From Marinifilum sp. (lineage in GTDB: Bacteria; Bacteroidota; Bacteroidia; Bacteroidales; CG2-30-32-10), in assembly GCA_020718065.1 (NCBI GenBank), contig DYDE01000005.1, positions 1-64,000 on the forward strand: a stretch of DNA of 64,000 nucleotides. The letters run 5' to 3'. This document shows positions 60,700 to 64,000 of the stretch, piece by piece. Both the position numbers and the translations under genes were made by a program. Below the pieces are notes generated by a model, which worked only from the letters and a program-made list of their open reading frames with translations, ran no database searches and was not told the DNA's origin. Position 1 is the first letter of the stretch. Every line of letters starts with the position of its first letter.

Positions 60700-61285
60700 G
60701 ATCGATAGGTTCCGGAGCGCGTCGGAAGAGGGGGAAATAGGTTCGGAACATGAGGAAATCGATCCGAAAGGAGAAGAAATAGGTTCGGAACATGAGGAAA
60801 TAGGTTCGGAAGAGGAGGAAATCGATCCGGAAGGAGAAGAAATAGGTTCGGAAGAGGAGGAAATAGGTTCGGAACATGAGGAAATCAATCCGGAAGGAGA
60901 GGAAATGGGATCGGAAGAGGAGGAAATCGATTCGAAAGGAGAGGAAATGGGATCGGAAGAGGAGGAAATCGATTCGAAAGGAGAAGAAATAGGATCGGAA
61001 CATGAGGAAATAGGTTCGGAAGAGGAGGAAATCGATCCGGAAGGAGAGGAAATGGGATCGGAAGAGGAGGAAATAGGTTCGGAAGGAGAGGAAATCGATC
61101 CGGAAGGAGAGGAAATGGGTTCGGAAGAGGAGGAAATAGGATCGGAAGGAGAGGAAATTGATTCGAAAGGAGAGGAAATTGATCCAGAGCATGAAGAAAT
61201 TAATTTGGAAGGAGAAGAAGTTGATTCGGAACAAGAGGAAATTTGATTGGAGCATGAGGTAATAGAGTTGAAAGAAGGAGATTTT
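60700..61285 (+). repeat. Second 21-bp tandem array, ~28 units (e.g. ggttcggaagaggaggaaata / gatccggaaggagaagaaatc)
   Basis: Purine-rich on the plus strand. It is open in several frames on both strands. The plus frame reads (E-I-[GD]-[SP]-[EK]-x-E)n. Confidence 0.9.
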
Positions 61286-61289
61286 AGTT

Positions 61290-61870
61290 TTGACCTCTAT
61301 CCTAAATCCTTTCTCCCATCGGCTTAGGGACCAAAAGGAGAAAGGACTTTTGCAGTTGTTATGGTTTTAGTGGTTTGTTTGTTAATTTGTATGAGGATGT
61401 TAAAAGAGAAACATTTTGGAAATGTTTCTCTTTTTTGTAAAATATTGATTTAAGAACAAAGATTAACGATTTACGATTTTGGACATTTTGTCCCCTATCC
61501 TAAATCCTTTCCCCTGAAATGGGCAAGGACTTTGTCGGTAGTTGTGGTTTGTGGGGTTTGTTTTGCTAATATGGTTTGTAATATAATGATTTGAGAACAG
61601 GGATTGAGGATAGTTCGACTATGCTCACTGCAAGTTTTTGATTTGAGATTTAACCTCAGTTGGTTGTAGCATTTAGTGTATTGTTTGGGTTTAAATTATA
61701 CGACAGAGAAGTTGTGCGAAGATTGTATCTTCGCACTAAATAAAGGTTAGGTTTTGTGTAACAAAAGAAAAAATAACAGATTCGGTATAAATGTTTTGAA
61801 AATTTTACAATATATGTAGTTGCAAACTACAGATGATAAAGTGCGAAGTTACAAACTTAGCACAACTGGG
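61290..61870. repeat. Island of short interspersed repeats and hairpins
   Basis: ctatcctaaatcctttc at ~61297 and ~61496. gtgcgaag..cttcgcac hairpins at 61714-61736 and ~61841-61864. A perfect 12-bp-stem hairpin plus T-run at 61402-61436. Confidence 0.7.
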
Positions 61871-62011
61871 TGTAAGAGGTTCTCCGATGGGCTTTCAGCT
61901 CATCGGCTTCCCACTCGATTGTGTGTAGTTGTTTTTTTAATAAAACTTGACAGGTATATGTATCTTTTAAATTTATATCAGGATTGATTCATACAATAAT
62001 CATTCTCAAAA

Positions 62012-63127
62012 TTACAGTTTCAAATATTGTATGCGCAAATTTATTGAAAGGTATGGCTTAGTATAGTATTCACTATTTATTCTATCGGTATTTCTTTGTA
62101 AATAAAGTTTTTCTTTAAAATTATAACCCAATCCTATATTAATTCCAATATAATTTGTAGTTAGAAAGCCAATTTCTGCTGATAATTGACTGTTCGTTAA
62201 AGAAATATTATTGAAAGAGATAGTATTATTGTTATTTGAGATGATAGTATTAGTTTTAAAATAGGTATCATCATTAATTTCTTTATTATAAAGAATTGAA
62301 AAATTTACTCTTTTTGTGATTCTTTGTTGAATAAAAGATGAAATACCACCTGTTACAAAATATTGAAAACCCAAATCAGTGTTTTTAAGTGCTGACCATT
62401 CAAATGCAAAAATCGTGGGTACTCCAAAAAGTATTTTTAATTTTTCTGAAGGCTGATATCGAGCTTCAATAGCAATTAATGGTTTTTCTTCGATTTTGTT
62501 TTCCATCTCCTGTCTATCGTAACCCCCCATAAGTATTATATTCCATTTGGAATTCAATTCATAACCACAATAAAATACTGTAAAAAATTTATTTCCGGTT
62601 TTATCGTAAAGGCCAATTTCATCGCCTTTTAAATAATTTTCAGTTGTAAGAATAAAATTCCATCTTTTTAGTTTATATTCTAATGCCGTCCACAACCAAA
62701 TATGTTGAATTGTTTTGTTTAAGTTTTCATTATCTGATAATATATCATATTTGCTATATCGTGTTCCAATCATAGAAGAGATTGTTTTCGACTTGATAAT
62801 TGGTAAATAATTGGTAATTTGAATTTTGTTTAACCTGTTATTGGTTATGTCTGTTTCACTTTGAAGAATAGTTTGGGTGCCATCAATGGATAATTTTTGT
62901 CTTAACAACCACAAAGAGAAACCATCCATTAGCGGACAATTAGGTTGCCAAAATACATCATCTTTCGTATTCAATTTCCAATATGCAGAATCTTCTTGTG
63001 AGAATGATTTGATGGATACTAACAGGAATAGGAGTAATTGTAATGCTGAAAGTTTCGGTAATACTTGACATATTGAATAGATAAAAAATCGAAATAATCT
63101 GTTTGACTGGTTGAAAGTATTTTGCAT
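62012..63127 (-). CDS. Hypothetical outer-membrane beta-barrel-like protein
   Basis: The internal ATG at 63127 gives a signal-like segment LSALQLLLFLLVSIKSFSQ. Alternating beta-strand pattern, Asn/Tyr-rich. Confidence 0.45.
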   Translation of the reverse strand: MQNTFNQSNRLFRFFIYSICQVLPKLSALQLLLFLLVSIKSFSQEDSAYWKLNTKDDVFWQPNCPLMDGFSLWLLRQKLSIDGTQTILQSETDITNNRLNKIQITNYLPIIKSKTISSMIGTRYSKYDILSDNENLNKTIQHIWLWTALEYKLKRWNFILTTENYLKGDEIGLYDKTGNKFFTVFYCGYELNSKWNIILMGGYDRQEMENKIEEKPLIAIEARYQPSEKLKILFGVPTIFAFEWSALKNTDLGFQYFVTGGISSFIQQRITKRVNFSILYNKEINDDTYFKTNTIISNNNNTISFNNISLTNSQLSAEIGFLTTNYIGINIGLGYNFKEKLYLQRNTDRINSEYYTKPYLSINLRIQYLKL

Positions 63128-63205
63128 ATCCAAAGAATTTAAATTTGATGATGCAAAGAAAAGCAAACCGTAGATGTTTTATCTTGCCAAATGACAAGAA
63201 TTGTA

Positions 63206-63796
63206 TCAATGTGGTTTTTTAAAAGCATTTTTTCTAATCCGGCTGAATGAAGTATCTGTAATACCGAGATATGAGGCAATATTTTTTAATGATGAATACT
63301 GAAAAATATCCGGATTATTTTGAATTAAAGTAAGATATCTTTCTTCTGCTGTTTCTGTCAAAGCCGATAACATTCGTTCTTTAAGCGTGCAAAATTCTTT
63401 CACCAGCATTAAACGACCAAATTCTCGAAATTCTGGTATTGAATGAAACAAATTATTTATAGTATCATAGCTTAGTATCCAACCTTTGCAGTCAGTCAAT
63501 GCCTGTATATTTTCTTTTGAAGTGCTTCTGAAAAAAAAAGATGAGGCATCGAATACTGGTTGATTTTTAAAGTAAAAATTGGTTGTTACATCGCATCCAT
63601 TATAATCATAAATATACGTTCTTATGTAACCTTCTTCTAAAAACATATACTCATTGCATATTTTCCCGGCTGAAAGAATAAAATCATCTTTGCGAACATT
63701 TTTTACTTCAAAATGCTTTACAATTTCATTAATAATTGCTTCGGAAATAACAGCGTTTGATTGAATGAATTTAAATAATGATTCTTTGTCTTTCAT
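63206..63796 (-). CDS. Crp/Fnr-family transcriptional regulator
   Basis: The N-terminal cNMP-binding-like beta-roll (KDDFILSAGKICNEYMFLEEGYIRTY) is followed by a C-terminal HTH (LKNIASYLGITDTSFSRIRK). Confidence 0.8.
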   Translation of the reverse strand: MKDKESLFKFIQSNAVISEAIINEIVKHFEVKNVRKDDFILSAGKICNEYMFLEEGYIRTYIYDYNGCDVTTNFYFKNQPVFDASSFFFRSTSKENIQALTDCKGWILSYDTINNLFHSIPEFREFGRLMLVKEFCTLKERMLSALTETAEERYLTLIQNNPDIFQYSSLKNIASYLGITDTSFSRIRKNAFKKPH

Positions 63797-64000
63797 TTGA
63801 AATAGTTATTCTTTTATTCTCGACTGTTACAAGGTAGCAACTTACAATTACACACAACGTTTACGTATATGAAACGTTTGGCATTTCGAAGCACTTACCT
63901 GTCAAGGTACAACAACTTTTGATACGGGCTGAAACCTTCGATAACCCACTGACTGCCAAATGTTTTATACACGCTGTGTGCGCCCTGCATGAGCAGAGCA

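Noticed and set aside
60599-61255. 218-aa minus-strand ORF (FRIDFLLFRSHFLSF…) and 66-aa ORF 60688-60888.
   Set aside because: They are open only because the 21-bp array lacks stop codons. Unit-to-unit differences are non-synonymous in these frames, unlike the plus frame.
63830-64000. Terminal non-coding stretch with short GC-richer words (gccaaacgtttcatatacgtaaacgttgtgtg, gccaaatgttttatacacgctgtgtgcg), considered as a gene fragment.
   Set aside because: There is no open frame of useful length on either strand. It looks like another interspersed-repeat module, and it is truncated by the window edge.

Overview
A low-GC Bacteroidota chromosomal window. The assignment rests on four T9SS C-terminal sorting domains, TAnnTTTG -7 promoter boxes and Bacteroidota-style ribosomal operon order. 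About 3.7-23.1 kb is ordinary core genome on the minus strand: eno, then one uninterrupted str/S10/spc/alpha ribosomal cluster (rpsL-rpsG-fusA-rpsJ ... secY-map-infA-rpmJ-rpsM-rpsK-rpsD-rpoA-rplQ). Other housekeeping genes are an MFS transporter, two APC amino-acid permeases, ppk2, fabG, korAB plus a ferredoxin, and two GT2 glycosyltransferases. The rest is accessory: T9SS cargo proteins, a GH16-like enzyme and a GWxTD protein. There are also three gene-free islands packed with short interspersed repeats and two 21-bp tandem arrays (29.5-31.8, 43.0-43.9 and 60.6-62.0 kb). The most interesting content is at 37.4-41.5 kb. A LytS-type histidine kinase and LytTR response regulator lie convergent to a radical SAM/SPASM enzyme, which is preceded by an 87-aa double-glycine-leader, Cys/Gly-rich precursor peptide. 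The peptide promoter and the two-component-system promoter carry the same AACC(G/A) direct-repeat motif at a 20-21 bp period. In both, the proximal repeat sits exactly 39 nt from a TAnnTTTG box. This suggests an autoinduced, agr/com/blp-like peptide circuit built around an rSAM-modified peptide. A second LytTR module lies at 46.7-51.1 kb: a membrane-anchored LytTR protein, a different triple direct repeat, and an operon of T9SS protein, Tiki/erythromycin-esterase-like protein and CPBP protease. No rRNA, tRNA, CRISPR array, transposase or integrase was seen.
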